Assembly: GCA_016432325.1 (NCBI GenBank)
Contig: CP066684.1
Span: 736,001-800,000, forward strand
Reading direction: 5' to 3'
Origin: Candidatus Aenigmatarchaeota archaeon
Lineage (GTDB): Archaea; Aenigmatarchaeota; Aenigmatarchaeia; PWEA01; JACQIF01
Length of the DNA: 64,000 nt
In this document: positions 9,034 to 18,113 of the stretch, piece by piece
Layout: every line of letters starts with the position of its first letter
How positions within the stretch are numbered: position 1 is the first letter of the stretch
Position numbers and translations under genes: made by a program
Notes under the pieces: generated by a model
Database searches by the model: none
Seen by the model: only the letters and a program-made list of their open reading frames with translations
What the model was told of the DNA's origin: nothing

Positions 9034-9816
9034 ATGGGACTCAATCCGTTCACCCCCAGCGCCGAAGACCAAGAGGCGACGCTTCTCTACATTCTGGACC
9101 AAGCCATACAGACCACGGCAAAGACGAAGATGGACACGGCGACCAAACAGAAGATTAACTCTTATTTCATTGCAACAAAGAAACTCTCTCGCGACATCGC
9201 GCGCCTGAAGATACCGAAGGGCGAAGGCACAGAAGGCCTTGTCCTGATGGCGCCCCAGTTCGAGCAGATAATAACGGCCTTCGACGCGATTCCGGGCAGG
9301 AACGAACTCGGCGAGTTGAAGACGTACATCGACAACTTCCTCCTCTCCATCAACGCGCTGGGCAAGTATGGAAAGGACGTGCCGCCTTCTGCCGTCGCCA
9401 GAGTCAAGGAGACGTACGTGGACTTCCTGGAGGCCGTGGGCGTCTCCGTCGTTGGCGGTCAGGGAGTCGATATGGACGCGATTCTTCCGAATATCAAGCC
9501 CGCGGAGAGGAAGGCTCTTGAGCGTGCCCTCACCGAGCTGAAGAAGGCTGTGGACGATTCGGTAGCGGCCGCGAAGAAGATGGGGATGCCGACCGCAAGA
9601 GCCGCACATTTGATGATTCTCACCGTGGTGGTGCTGGCTCCCCTAATAGTTTTGTTCTGGGCCGATCTGAAGGTAATCGGAGGAGAGGGCACCACAATGG
9701 AAAAAACGATCGCGGGCTCTATATTGATGCTCGGGTTTATCGCTTCAAGCGTTGCGGCTGCAGACACACTTTGGGAACTACAAATTCAACAGAATAGGCG
9801 ACCGTATCAAAAATAA
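9034..9816 (+). CDS. Hypothetical protein with two C-terminal TM helices
   Basis: 260-aa ORF with a TATA box upstream. Confidence 0.6.
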   Translation: MGLNPFTPSAEDQEATLLYILDQAIQTTAKTKMDTATKQKINSYFIATKKLSRDIARLKIPKGEGTEGLVLMAPQFEQIITAFDAIPGRNELGELKTYIDNFLLSINALGKYGKDVPPSAVARVKETYVDFLEAVGVSVVGGQGVDMDAILPNIKPAERKALERALTELKKAVDDSVAAAKKMGMPTARAAHLMILTVVVLAPLIVLFWADLKVIGGEGTTMEKTIAGSILMLGFIASSVAAADTLWELQIQQNRRPYQK

Positions 9817-9878
9817 TTCTTGACGGTAATCTTTGATTCCCCGTCATCTTTATACGCCGCCTTCTGCGAGAATGAAAC

Positions 9879-11579
9879 ATGCATCGCACAGACGTCCTCG
9901 TCATCGGTTCTGGCGCCGCAGGACTCCGCACGGCCATAGAGCTCAACGAACGCGGCGTTGACGTTCTCGTTCTGGGGAAATGCAAAAGGGGCGACGCGCA
10001 CACTGTTATGGCTACTGGCGGGATAAATGCCGCCCTCGCAACGATGGATACCAAGGATTCGTGGCTCGTGCACGTGGCCGACACTTTGAAAGAGGGTCGC
10101 TTCATCGCAGACGCGCGGGAGGTTGAGCTGCTGTGCAGGAACGCTCCGCGCGCGATAAAAGAACTGGCCGATTGGGGCGTCAAATTTCACCGTGAAGCGG
10201 ACGGCCGCCTGACGCAACGCTTCTTCGGAGCGCACACTTACAGACGAACGTGCTTTGTCGGAGATGAGACAGGGAAAGATATAGAGCGCGCACTTGTTAA
10301 AGAGGCCGAGAGAAGGAAGATTCAGATTCTTGGCGAGATGTACATAACAAAACTTCTCAAAAGCGGAGGAACGGTTAACGGCGCGGCCGGCTTTGACATG
10401 CGTACGAACGAGCAGTTCGTCTGCGCGGCGAAGGCAGTGGTGCTCGCCACGGGCGGCCACTCGCGCCTGTATCGCCGCTCCTCATCGCGCATCATGGAGA
10501 ACACGGGCGACGGCGTCACGTTAGCGTACGAAGCAGGCGCGCTTCTCGAAGACATGGAGATGGTCCAGTTCCATCCCACAGGAATGGTCTGGCCGCCTGT
10601 GATGGAAGGGACGCTCGTCACCGAGGCGGTTAGGGGCGAAGGCGGAGTGCTGACGAATGCGAAAGGACAACACTTCATGACAAAGTATGACAGACGCGGA
10701 GAGCTGGGTCCGCGTGACGTCGTGGCGCGCGCGATTTATAACGAGATTATTTCTGGACGCGCGACAAAGCATCATGGAGTATGGCTCGACGTTACGAAGC
10801 TCCCGAAGGAAAAGATTCTTGAGAGGATTCCGAAGGTCTATCGCCAGTTCGCGGAGGCCGGCGTGGACGTCACGCGTGAGCGCATGGAGGTCGCGCCAAC
10901 GGCGCATTATTCGATGGGTGGCGTTCACGTAAAGAACGGTGCGACGCGCGTTCGCGGTCTCTACGCGGTCGGCGAAGTCACGAGCGGCGTCCACGGCGCG
11001 AACCGTCTCGGAGGCAATTCGCTCGCAGAGACCGTTGTTTTCGGAAGGCTTGTCGGCGAAGCCGTGGCGAAGTTCTGCAAGAGAACGAAACGAACAGAAG
11101 CGGATGCGCGGGCCGTTGAGAGGGCGCAGATTGAACTCGAGGATTTGAGGAAACAGAAAGGGAAATACGCTCCGCGGGATTTGCGCGCAGAACTTCAAAA
11201 CGTTATGTGGGACAATGCAGGAATAGTGAGGAACGCGCGCGACCTGAAAGAAGGGATGGAGAGGCTGGGCGAACTGAGAAAGAAGATGGACGAAATGGAC
11301 ATATCGGGGACGGCCGAGCGCCTGGTGACGGCCCTCGACTTGAAGAATCTCCTCGTGCCTGCGGAAGCCGTTCTCAGAAGCGCGCTTGTCCGTTGCGAGA
11401 GCAGGGGCGCGCACTACCGTTCGGACTATCCGGAAGAGAGCAGGCGATGGACCGCGAATATAGGATGTTCAAAAGGCAGCGGCGGAATGACCGTTTCGAA
11501 GAGACCCGTTCCGAAACCTTCTGAAGCGATCCTGAAGGCCGTCAAAAGTGTAGGAGCCGCGCACAAGCTCCTTGAGTAG
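9879..11579 (+). CDS. Succinate dehydrogenase/fumarate reductase flavoprotein (SdhA/FrdA/NadB family)
   Basis: GSGAAG, AHTVMATGG, QFHPT, TEAVRGEGG, HYSMGG, HGANRLGGNSL, ESRGAHYR. Confidence 0.9.
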   Translation: MHRTDVLVIGSGAAGLRTAIELNERGVDVLVLGKCKRGDAHTVMATGGINAALATMDTKDSWLVHVADTLKEGRFIADAREVELLCRNAPRAIKELADWGVKFHREADGRLTQRFFGAHTYRRTCFVGDETGKDIERALVKEAERRKIQILGEMYITKLLKSGGTVNGAAGFDMRTNEQFVCAAKAVVLATGGHSRLYRRSSSRIMENTGDGVTLAYEAGALLEDMEMVQFHPTGMVWPPVMEGTLVTEAVRGEGGVLTNAKGQHFMTKYDRRGELGPRDVVARAIYNEIISGRATKHHGVWLDVTKLPKEKILERIPKVYRQFAEAGVDVTRERMEVAPTAHYSMGGVHVKNGATRVRGLYAVGEVTSGVHGANRLGGNSLAETVVFGRLVGEAVAKFCKRTKRTEADARAVERAQIELEDLRKQKGKYAPRDLRAELQNVMWDNAGIVRNARDLKEGMERLGELRKKMDEMDISGTAERLVTALDLKNLLVPAEAVLRSALVRCESRGAHYRSDYPEESRRWTANIGCSKGSGGMTVSKRPVPKPSEAILKAVKSVGAAHKLLE

Positions 11580-11634
11580 TTAAACGCGCGTTCACCGGAG
11601 CCATTTATATTGCCCCGCGCCGACCGCCTCTTCT

Positions 11635-12876
11635 ATGCCAACCAAGGACACCAACGGCGACCTGAAGAAGGCGGCCTTGAAATACCATGCGGACGCGCCG
11701 GCAGGAAAGATAGGAATCGTTCCCACAAAACATCTGAGGGGCAAGAAGGACCTTGCTCTGGCGTACACGCCTGGCGTGGTTTACCCGTGCCTCGAAATCA
11801 AGGAGAACGTTGAACGCGCCTATGACTACACATCCAAAGGAAACACTATCGCAATTCTTACAGACGGCTCGCGCATTCTTGGCTTGGGCAACATCGGGCC
11901 TGAAGCCGGACTGCCGGTGATGGAAGGAAAGTCATTGCTGTTCAAGATGCTCGGAGACGTGGACGCCATACCGATATGCGTGCGTTCGCAGGACACGCAA
12001 CGGATCGTGGATACGATGGTCGATATATCTCCGGGGTTCGGAGGCGTCAACGTGGAAGACATCAAGCATCCGAGATGCTTCGAGGTGGAGGAAACGCTCG
12101 AAAGAAGACTGGACATTCCCATATTCCACGACGATCAACACGGAACGGCCGTTGTCACGCTCGCCGGTCTGATGAATGCGTTTAAAGTAACCGGCAGGAA
12201 GCTTCGCGATGCGCGCATTGTGGTCAACGGCGCAGGCGCCGCCGGCCGCGGCATAACGAAATTGCTTTTGCACGCAGGAGCTCGGGACGTCATAGTTATC
12301 GACACCAAGGGACCCCTATACGAAGGGCGCGCGGGGATGGACCGGTTCAAGGCAGAGCTCGCGATGCATACGAACCCCGACAGAAGAAATGGAGGTCTTG
12401 AGAACGTGATGATTGACGCGGACGTGTTTATCGGAGCGTCTTCCGCCGGACTCCTGGACCCGAAGCTTGTGCGCGTGATGAACGACAAACCGATAGTCTT
12501 CGCGCTTGCGAACCCGGTTCCTGAAATAGACCCGCTCGAAGCCAAGAGAGCGGGCGCGGCCGTTGTCGGAACTGGCTCTTCCCGCTACGCTAACCAGATT
12601 AACAACGTGCTCGCTTTCCCCGGGATGATGCGCGGCATGCTCGACGTGCGCGCGAAACGAATAAACGACGAGATGAAACTCGCGGCCGCGCAAGCCATCG
12701 CAGACAGCGTCAAGCCAACAGCCGAGCGCGTCGTGCCTGACGCACGCACGGTCGTGGCGCACAAGGTAGCCGCTGCGGTCGCCAAGGCCGCAGAGAGCAC
12801 CGGCGCCGCAAGGAAAGGAATAGGAGGCCTGAAGAAGTACGAGAAAAGCGTCTACGACAGGATAGCGGCGCGCTAA
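11635..12876 (+). CDS. NAD(P)-dependent malic enzyme
   Basis: LALAYTPGV, LGLGNIG, VMEGK, FHDDQHGTA, ALANPVPE, NQINNVLAFPG. Confidence 0.93.
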   Translation: MPTKDTNGDLKKAALKYHADAPAGKIGIVPTKHLRGKKDLALAYTPGVVYPCLEIKENVERAYDYTSKGNTIAILTDGSRILGLGNIGPEAGLPVMEGKSLLFKMLGDVDAIPICVRSQDTQRIVDTMVDISPGFGGVNVEDIKHPRCFEVEETLERRLDIPIFHDDQHGTAVVTLAGLMNAFKVTGRKLRDARIVVNGAGAAGRGITKLLLHAGARDVIVIDTKGPLYEGRAGMDRFKAELAMHTNPDRRNGGLENVMIDADVFIGASSAGLLDPKLVRVMNDKPIVFALANPVPEIDPLEAKRAGAAVVGTGSSRYANQINNVLAFPGMMRGMLDVRAKRINDEMKLAAAQAIADSVKPTAERVVPDARTVVAHKVAAAVAKAAESTGAARKGIGGLKKYEKSVYDRIAAR

Positions 12877-12910
12877 TCAAAGTTATAAACCCACAATATA
12901 AATTCGCTCC

Positions 12911-13606
12911 ATGGTCAATGAAGGCGGTCTGCTCAACGGACTAATGCTCGTTGCGGCATCTTTCATCTTCTTGTTGAGCGTCTATCTGGAACACCGCCGG
13001 TGGAAAGATCTCCTATCCTCGAGCGCGATGGGCATCTCTACGGTCTTCTGGACGCTGGCCGGAGCGCTCACGTTCTTCATGGGCGCGAGACAGATAGCCG
13101 CATATTTCGGGGCTTATGGAATCGACAAGACGTTTTTCCTGGCGGCAGGGATACCCGGCTCTATAATCGCCGCGCCTGTGATAGGACTATTGGTCTTTAC
13201 GCTCACTGGAGACAGAAAGAGGACCCTGCTTGCCGAGCTGGCAGTGGCCCTTCTGGCGCTCTGGAGCGTGATACTCGCGGCTCAGGAAGGTTTCGTCGGA
13301 CCGCACGTCACCTACTGGGGAACTCAATATGACCTTGTGAGCGGTCTCGCCAAGATTGTGATAATGGCCGGACTGCTCCTTCCCGGAGTCATAGGCTCCG
13401 CGGCCCTTCTGTGGATGTCCAGATATTCGCAGTCTCCCAGAATCGGGCGCTCCCTGTTCCTGTCGTCGCTCTCGATGCTCGTGTTCATGGCTTCGGTTTC
13501 GCTGGATACTATTATCGGAGGCAGCAGCGGAGAGTTAATATTGCTGTTCAGGTTGCTGGTCGTGGCGAGCGCGGTTCTTGCGTTCAGGGCGTACGCCGTC
13601 GAATAG
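12911..13606 (+). CDS. Multi-pass membrane protein
   Basis: About seven hydrophobic segments. Confidence 0.65.
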   Translation: MVNEGGLLNGLMLVAASFIFLLSVYLEHRRWKDLLSSSAMGISTVFWTLAGALTFFMGARQIAAYFGAYGIDKTFFLAAGIPGSIIAAPVIGLLVFTLTGDRKRTLLAELAVALLALWSVILAAQEGFVGPHVTYWGTQYDLVSGLAKIVIMAGLLLPGVIGSAALLWMSRYSQSPRIGRSLFLSSLSMLVFMASVSLDTIIGGSSGELILLFRLLVVASAVLAFRAYAVE

Positions 13607-13903
13607 CTAGCCTTCGAGTATTTCTCCGAAGCACCTGCGGAAGTAGTCCCTGGCGTATCGCATGGTCTTCGTTCCTTCCGGCGTCAGCGCGTAGACGATG
13701 GTCTTGCCGCGCTTCTCCCCCTTTATCAGTTTCTTCGTCGTGAGGTCCTTGAGCGCCGGGTATATCGTGCCGGCCTTGGGCTTGCCGCCGCGGCGCTTGC
13801 CTATCTCCTGCGCGAGCTCCTCCCCGTGCATCGGCTTCTTCGCGAGCAGGTAGAGTATCTGGAAGGAAAGCATCCCCCGCATGTCGCAGCCTATTTTTTT
13901 CAT
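13607..13903 (-). CDS. PadR-family transcriptional regulator
   Basis: ILYLLAKKPMHG...GTIYPALKDL...YALTPEG. Confidence 0.9.
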   Translation of the reverse strand: MKKIGCDMRGMLSFQILYLLAKKPMHGEELAQEIGKRRGGKPKAGTIYPALKDLTTKKLIKGEKRGKTIVYALTPEGTKTMRYARDYFRRCFGEILEG

Positions 13904-13918
13904 ATCACCACGCCAAGT

Positions 13919-13972
13919 ATAGGGCATCCTATGTATTTATATAGTAATCGTGTCCAATATAGGACATCCGAT
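13919..13972. promoter_or_regulatory. Two palindromic operators flanking a divergent TATA box (probable PadR sites)
   Basis: ATAGGGCATCCTAT (13919-13932) and ATAGGACATCCGAT (13959-13972) around TTTATATA. Confidence 0.65.
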
Positions 13973-13979
13973 ACGACGT

Positions 13980-14087
13980 TACGGAGGTGTATGAAAGGGA
14001 GCGCCTTTCAAACCTGCACGGGAACGGCGGTTCCCGGCATGCCGGCGGCGAGGCTGCCGTGCATCCTCGCAAGCGCATACGGAGGTG
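13980..14087 (+). repeat. Multi-hairpin element between TACGGAGGTG direct repeats (duplicated RBS)
   Basis: Repeat at 13980-13989 and 14078-14087; contains the TGCACGG...CCGGCA...CGTGCA module. Confidence 0.65.
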
Positions 14088-14094
14088 AGTTCAA

Positions 14095-14343
14095 ATGATG
14101 TGCAACATTTCGGCATGCGATGAGAGCGAATACGACTACCTCGAATCGAGGCTGACAGCATTCGCCGAGGCCGCGCACAAGCAGCTGCTTTTCGAGAAGA
14201 TAAAGCAGAAGATAGAGGAGAAGGAAGGCGCGAAACTCGACAAGATAGCCGACCTGCTCGTGGACGCGTTTTCGAGCGAGCAGAACGCGGAGAGAAGCCG
14301 CGAAGAGTTCAGGGACAAGCTGAGAGAAACGTTTGAGGAGTAG
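14095..14343 (+). CDS. Small helical hypothetical protein
   Basis: GGAGGTG RBS; operonic with the flavin reductase gene. Confidence 0.7.
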   Translation: MMCNISACDESEYDYLESRLTAFAEAAHKQLLFEKIKQKIEEKEGAKLDKIADLLVDAFSSEQNAERSREEFRDKLRETFEE

Positions 14344-14345
14344 AA

Positions 14346-14912
14346 ATGAACGTAGAATACGGAAGCGAAGAGGCGCACAAGTTCGTTACGAACGTGGGAC
14401 TGGTCACCAGCGACGGGCCGCACGGGCCGAACGTGATGGCCTGCGAGTGGACGCACCACGTCTCGTACGAACCCGGTCTTATTGTTATAAACGTGGACGC
14501 CGCGGATGCGACGGCCGACAACATCCGCGCGACCGGCGAGTTCGGCGTCTCTCTCGCCGCCGAAGACCAGAGTGTCGTTTCGAGCGTCGCAGGCGGCTCC
14601 CACGGCCAGAGCGTCGACAAGATTGCTGTTCTGAAAGAAATGGGCGTCGAGTTCTACGCGGGAAAGAAAATAAAGGCGCCGATGATAAAAGGAGTCGCTC
14701 TGAGCGTGGAGTGCCGCGTCGTCGAAACGCGCGAACTGGGAGACCATGTGATGTTCGTGGGCGAAGCCGTTGACGTGCGGATGTCCGACAAACCGCCTCT
14801 CGTGTATCACGGCGGCAAGTACTGGAAGGTAGGGGAGCGCGTAGAGAAGCCGTCGCAGGACGTTCTGGAGAGCATAAAGAGGCTCGTTGAGAAGCACAGG
14901 AAAGGCGCGTAG
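14346..14912 (+). CDS. Flavin reductase-like protein
   Basis: NVMACEW, TADNIRATGEF, ECRV...LGDHVMFVGE. Confidence 0.9.
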   Translation: MNVEYGSEEAHKFVTNVGLVTSDGPHGPNVMACEWTHHVSYEPGLIVINVDAADATADNIRATGEFGVSLAAEDQSVVSSVAGGSHGQSVDKIAVLKEMGVEFYAGKKIKAPMIKGVALSVECRVVETRELGDHVMFVGEAVDVRMSDKPPLVYHGGKYWKVGERVEKPSQDVLESIKRLVEKHRKGA

Positions 14913-14942
14913 GTTAATATTATAAGCAATCAAATCCTGTGC

Positions 14943-16394
14943 ATGCACTATCGCACCGAGCGCGACGTACTGGGCGAGAAACGCGTTCCGGCGGACGCGT
15001 ACTACGGCATATTCACCGAACGCGCGCTTGAGACGTTTCGCATATCCGGGACGCGGACGCATTCTAAGATGATATGGGCTCTCGGCGTGATAAAGGAGGC
15101 CGCGGCAGAAGCGAATCGCGAGCTGGATATGCTCGACCAGAAGGCTGCGAGCGCCATTGTGAAGGCGTGCAAGGAGGTCCAGAACGGCAAGTTCAACCAT
15201 TTCTTCGTTGTCGACGACTATCAGGCCGGCGCAGGCACTCCGATGAACATGAACGCTAATGAGGTCATCGCGAACCGCGCGACAGAACTGCTGGGCGGCG
15301 CTCTCGGCGAGTACAAGGTCAACCCGCATGACCACGTCAATATGGGCCAATCTTCCAACAATGTGATACCCACAGCGATGCGCATATCCACGTTCTTCAT
15401 GATGAACTCGCTAATAACAGAGCTGCGAATGCTCGAGGCGTCGCTGCGCAAGAAGTCGCAGAAGTTCCGTGACGTAATCAAGGTCGGACGCACGCATCTG
15501 CAGGATGCGGTCCCGCTGCTTCTTGGACAGGAGTTCGAGGCGTACGCCGAGTACGTCAAGCGCGGCTACATGAGACTAAAGAACGCACAGGACGAACTGC
15601 GCGAACTTGGAATAGGAGGCACGGCGATTGGCACGCAGATAACCGCACATCCGAACTTCAGGAAGACCTGCGTGAAACACATCAACAAGATTACAGGCGA
15701 GAGATTCCACCACACAGAGAGCGCCGTATACCTGACACAGAGTGTGGACGTGTTCGTTCACGTTTCGGCGGAACTGCGCGCTCTCGCGACCGATATGCTC
15801 AAGGTGTGCAACGACTTGGTTCTGCTCACTTCAGGACCGAAAGCCGGTTTCCATGAGATTGAACTGCCTCCGGTGGAGCCCGGTTCGTCGTTGATGCCCG
15901 GGAAGGTAAATCCTTCCGTGGTCGAGGCATACAAGATGGTCTGTCTGCAAGTATTGGGCAACGACCACACAATAGAACACGCCTCGCGCGAAGGACAGCT
16001 CGAGCTGAACGCGATGACGCCTGTTATTTCCCACAATCTTTTGCAGAGCATCGATCTGCTTACGAACGGCACGAAGATGTTCAGGGAGAGATGCGTCGAC
16101 GGGATAAAGGCAAACAGAGAAGTCTGCGAGCGCACCTTCACCAACAGCCTTTCTGTTGCAACGGCACTCACGCCTTATCTCGGATACGAGGTGACGGCCC
16201 ATCTGGTTAAAGAATCGCTGAGCAAAGGCGTGACGATAAGAGACGCTGTTCTTGACAGCGCGCTGATGAGCGAGGCAGAGCTGACGCGCGTCCTGAATCC
16301 GCAGAGGCTCACGCGTCCGTCCATAGTGGACCGCGCTTTGAAGGAGAAGATTTTGCGCAGCGATGCGTTCCGCAAGCTGGCGAGGAAGGTTTGA
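14943..16394 (+). CDS. Aspartate ammonia-lyase / class II fumarase
   Basis: GRTHLQDA, GSSLMPGKVNP, NMNANEV. Confidence 0.9.
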   Translation: MHYRTERDVLGEKRVPADAYYGIFTERALETFRISGTRTHSKMIWALGVIKEAAAEANRELDMLDQKAASAIVKACKEVQNGKFNHFFVVDDYQAGAGTPMNMNANEVIANRATELLGGALGEYKVNPHDHVNMGQSSNNVIPTAMRISTFFMMNSLITELRMLEASLRKKSQKFRDVIKVGRTHLQDAVPLLLGQEFEAYAEYVKRGYMRLKNAQDELRELGIGGTAIGTQITAHPNFRKTCVKHINKITGERFHHTESAVYLTQSVDVFVHVSAELRALATDMLKVCNDLVLLTSGPKAGFHEIELPPVEPGSSLMPGKVNPSVVEAYKMVCLQVLGNDHTIEHASREGQLELNAMTPVISHNLLQSIDLLTNGTKMFRERCVDGIKANREVCERTFTNSLSVATALTPYLGYEVTAHLVKESLSKGVTIRDAVLDSALMSEAELTRVLNPQRLTRPSIVDRALKEKILRSDAFRKLARKV

Positions 16395-16424
16395 GTTTAT
16401 ATCCTTTTCCGTCCATCTGAGGCC

Positions 16425-17543
16425 ATGGTCGATGTGGCGAGGATTCTCGAAGACTATAATAAAGAAGCCCTCACTGTCGCAACTCTCGGTTCTCACAGCG
16501 CGCTTGACATCGCGAAGGGAGCGCACGACGAAGGCTTTCAGACGCTTGTCGTCGGCCAAGACGGGCGGGAAGGGCCGTATCAGAAATATCGACATGACTG
16601 CGATGAGAACGATTTTTGCAGGGGCTGCATAAACCACGTCGAAGTTCTGGACAAGTTTACAGATATGGCAACACCAGAGTTTGTGGAAGGACTTCAGACG
16701 CGCAATGCCATCTTCGTTCCACATCGTTCTTTCTCCGTTTACGTTGCGCATAAGATAGGCTACGATGCCGTCATGGACATGGAGGTTCCGTTCTTCGGCA
16801 ACCGCGCGCTCTTGCAGGCGGAGGAGCGCGGACCCCTGGCGCCCAAGCTTAATCAGGATGCGCTTCTTGAACTTGCCGACATTCCGCGGCCGAGGACGTT
16901 CGCATCGCCGGACGAAATCGATATGACCGCCATCGTCAAGGTAAGCAAGGGCCACGGCGACCGCGCCTTCGAGCGTTCGTTCTTCTACGCGCGCAACAAA
17001 GAGGAGTTCTGGCAGAAGGGTAGCAAACTGGTCGGCGAAGGGAAGACGACGCGCGAGCAGCTAAAGGATGCGCACATGGAAGAGTACGTCCATTCGGTCC
17101 GCGAAGACGCGCTTGGAAACGTTCTGGAAGTTCCGGCGCCCAAGTACAACTTCAATTTCTTCAATTCGCCGTTCCACGGACTCGAGTTGCTCGGAATCGA
17201 CACGCGTGTCCAGGCTTCCAACGGCGAAGAGCTTGCGCATCACCCCGGCAGCCTGAAGGAGTCTTTGCTTTCGCAGGTCTTCGACCTAGGCGAGAGGTTC
17301 GTTAATGTTGCGAAAAAGCACGCCGCGCCCGGAGTCATCGGACCGTTCGCCCTGCAGGCCATTTTCAAGGGAGAGAAGGCGCTCGTGTACGACGCGAGCC
17401 TGCGAATGCCGGGCTCTCCTGACACGGAGTTCACTCCGTATTCAGGATATCTGTTTGGCAAACCTGTCAGCTTCGGCAGGCGCATAGCGATGGAGATAAG
17501 GGAGGCAGCCGGCAGGGACGAGCTTCTGGAAGTAGTTACTTGA
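16425..17543 (+). CDS. purP: PurP-like ATP-grasp protein (FAICAR synthetase family)
   Basis: TLGSHSAL, FVPHRSF, FFGNR, SLKESLL, PGVIGPFALQ, GRRIAMEI. Confidence 0.8.
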   Translation: MVDVARILEDYNKEALTVATLGSHSALDIAKGAHDEGFQTLVVGQDGREGPYQKYRHDCDENDFCRGCINHVEVLDKFTDMATPEFVEGLQTRNAIFVPHRSFSVYVAHKIGYDAVMDMEVPFFGNRALLQAEERGPLAPKLNQDALLELADIPRPRTFASPDEIDMTAIVKVSKGHGDRAFERSFFYARNKEEFWQKGSKLVGEGKTTREQLKDAHMEEYVHSVREDALGNVLEVPAPKYNFNFFNSPFHGLELLGIDTRVQASNGEELAHHPGSLKESLLSQVFDLGERFVNVAKKHAAPGVIGPFALQAIFKGEKALVYDASLRMPGSPDTEFTPYSGYLFGKPVSFGRRIAMEIREAAGRDELLEVVT

Positions 17544-17594
17544 GTCTTGCCGACCAGAAAGTCTATTTAAAAGGGCCGGCTCATCAGGAAACAT

Positions 17595-17657
17595 ATGCGG
17601 GAGTAGCCAGAACTGCGGTTCTGAAACTCCCCCATTGAAGAACATGCGGGAGTAGCC
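17595..17657 (+). repeat. X-hairpin-antiX-X duplication of the tRNA-Leu(GAG) 5' end
   Basis: ATGCGGGAGTAGCC at 17595 and 17644; hairpin CAGAAC-TGCG-GTTCTG; ACTCCCCCAT anti-copy. Confidence 0.8.
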
Positions 17658-17867
17658 TAGACTGGTCAATGGCGCCGGCTTGAGGGGCCGGTTCCTTAGT
17701 GGATTCGCCGGTTCAAAGCTTTTTGCGCCAATGCGCATAAAGCTCAACGCGCAAAAGGCTTTAGCAGAAATACGCCTTCGTGCATCTTCGAACGATTGCG
17801 TTCGAAGTATTTCGGACGCAGTCCGAAAACGAAGGCGCGCGTTTCGAAATTCCGGCCTCCCGCACCA
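17646..17867 (+). tRNA. tRNA-Leu(GAG) with a 133-nt intron at 59/60 (~17718-17850)
   Basis: GCGGGAG/CTCCCGC acceptor, CCGGC-TTGAGGG-GCCGG, long variable arm, ACCA end. Confidence 0.9.
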
Positions 17868-17897
17868 CTATTTATTCGTTTACACGAAGCGTTGTCC

Positions 17898-18113
17898 ATG
17901 GCATGCGATACGTGTGGCTCGAAGGAAGATCATGACATCTGCATTCTAGGAGTAGAACGGTTGGACATGTACTACGATCCGGCAGGCATCGATGACATGG
18001 CGGAACCGCCGATCGACGAATACGCCGAGAGGAGATTGCGATTGTCTTCTGCCGGCAATCGATCCAACCAAAGAAAACTCGACGACTACGTTATTTCTTC
18101 CCTGCCTTCTTGA
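17898..18113 (+). CDS. Small hypothetical protein with N-terminal CxxC
   Basis: MACDTCG...; TATA-like box just after the tRNA. Confidence 0.4.
   Translation: MACDTCGSKEDHDICILGVERLDMYYDPAGIDDMAEPPIDEYAERRLRLSSAGNRSNQRKLDDYVISSLPS

Noticed and set aside
17080-17250. Apparent indels in PurP as a possible mRNA intron or intein
   Set aside because: In frame, short, and without BHB or intein motifs
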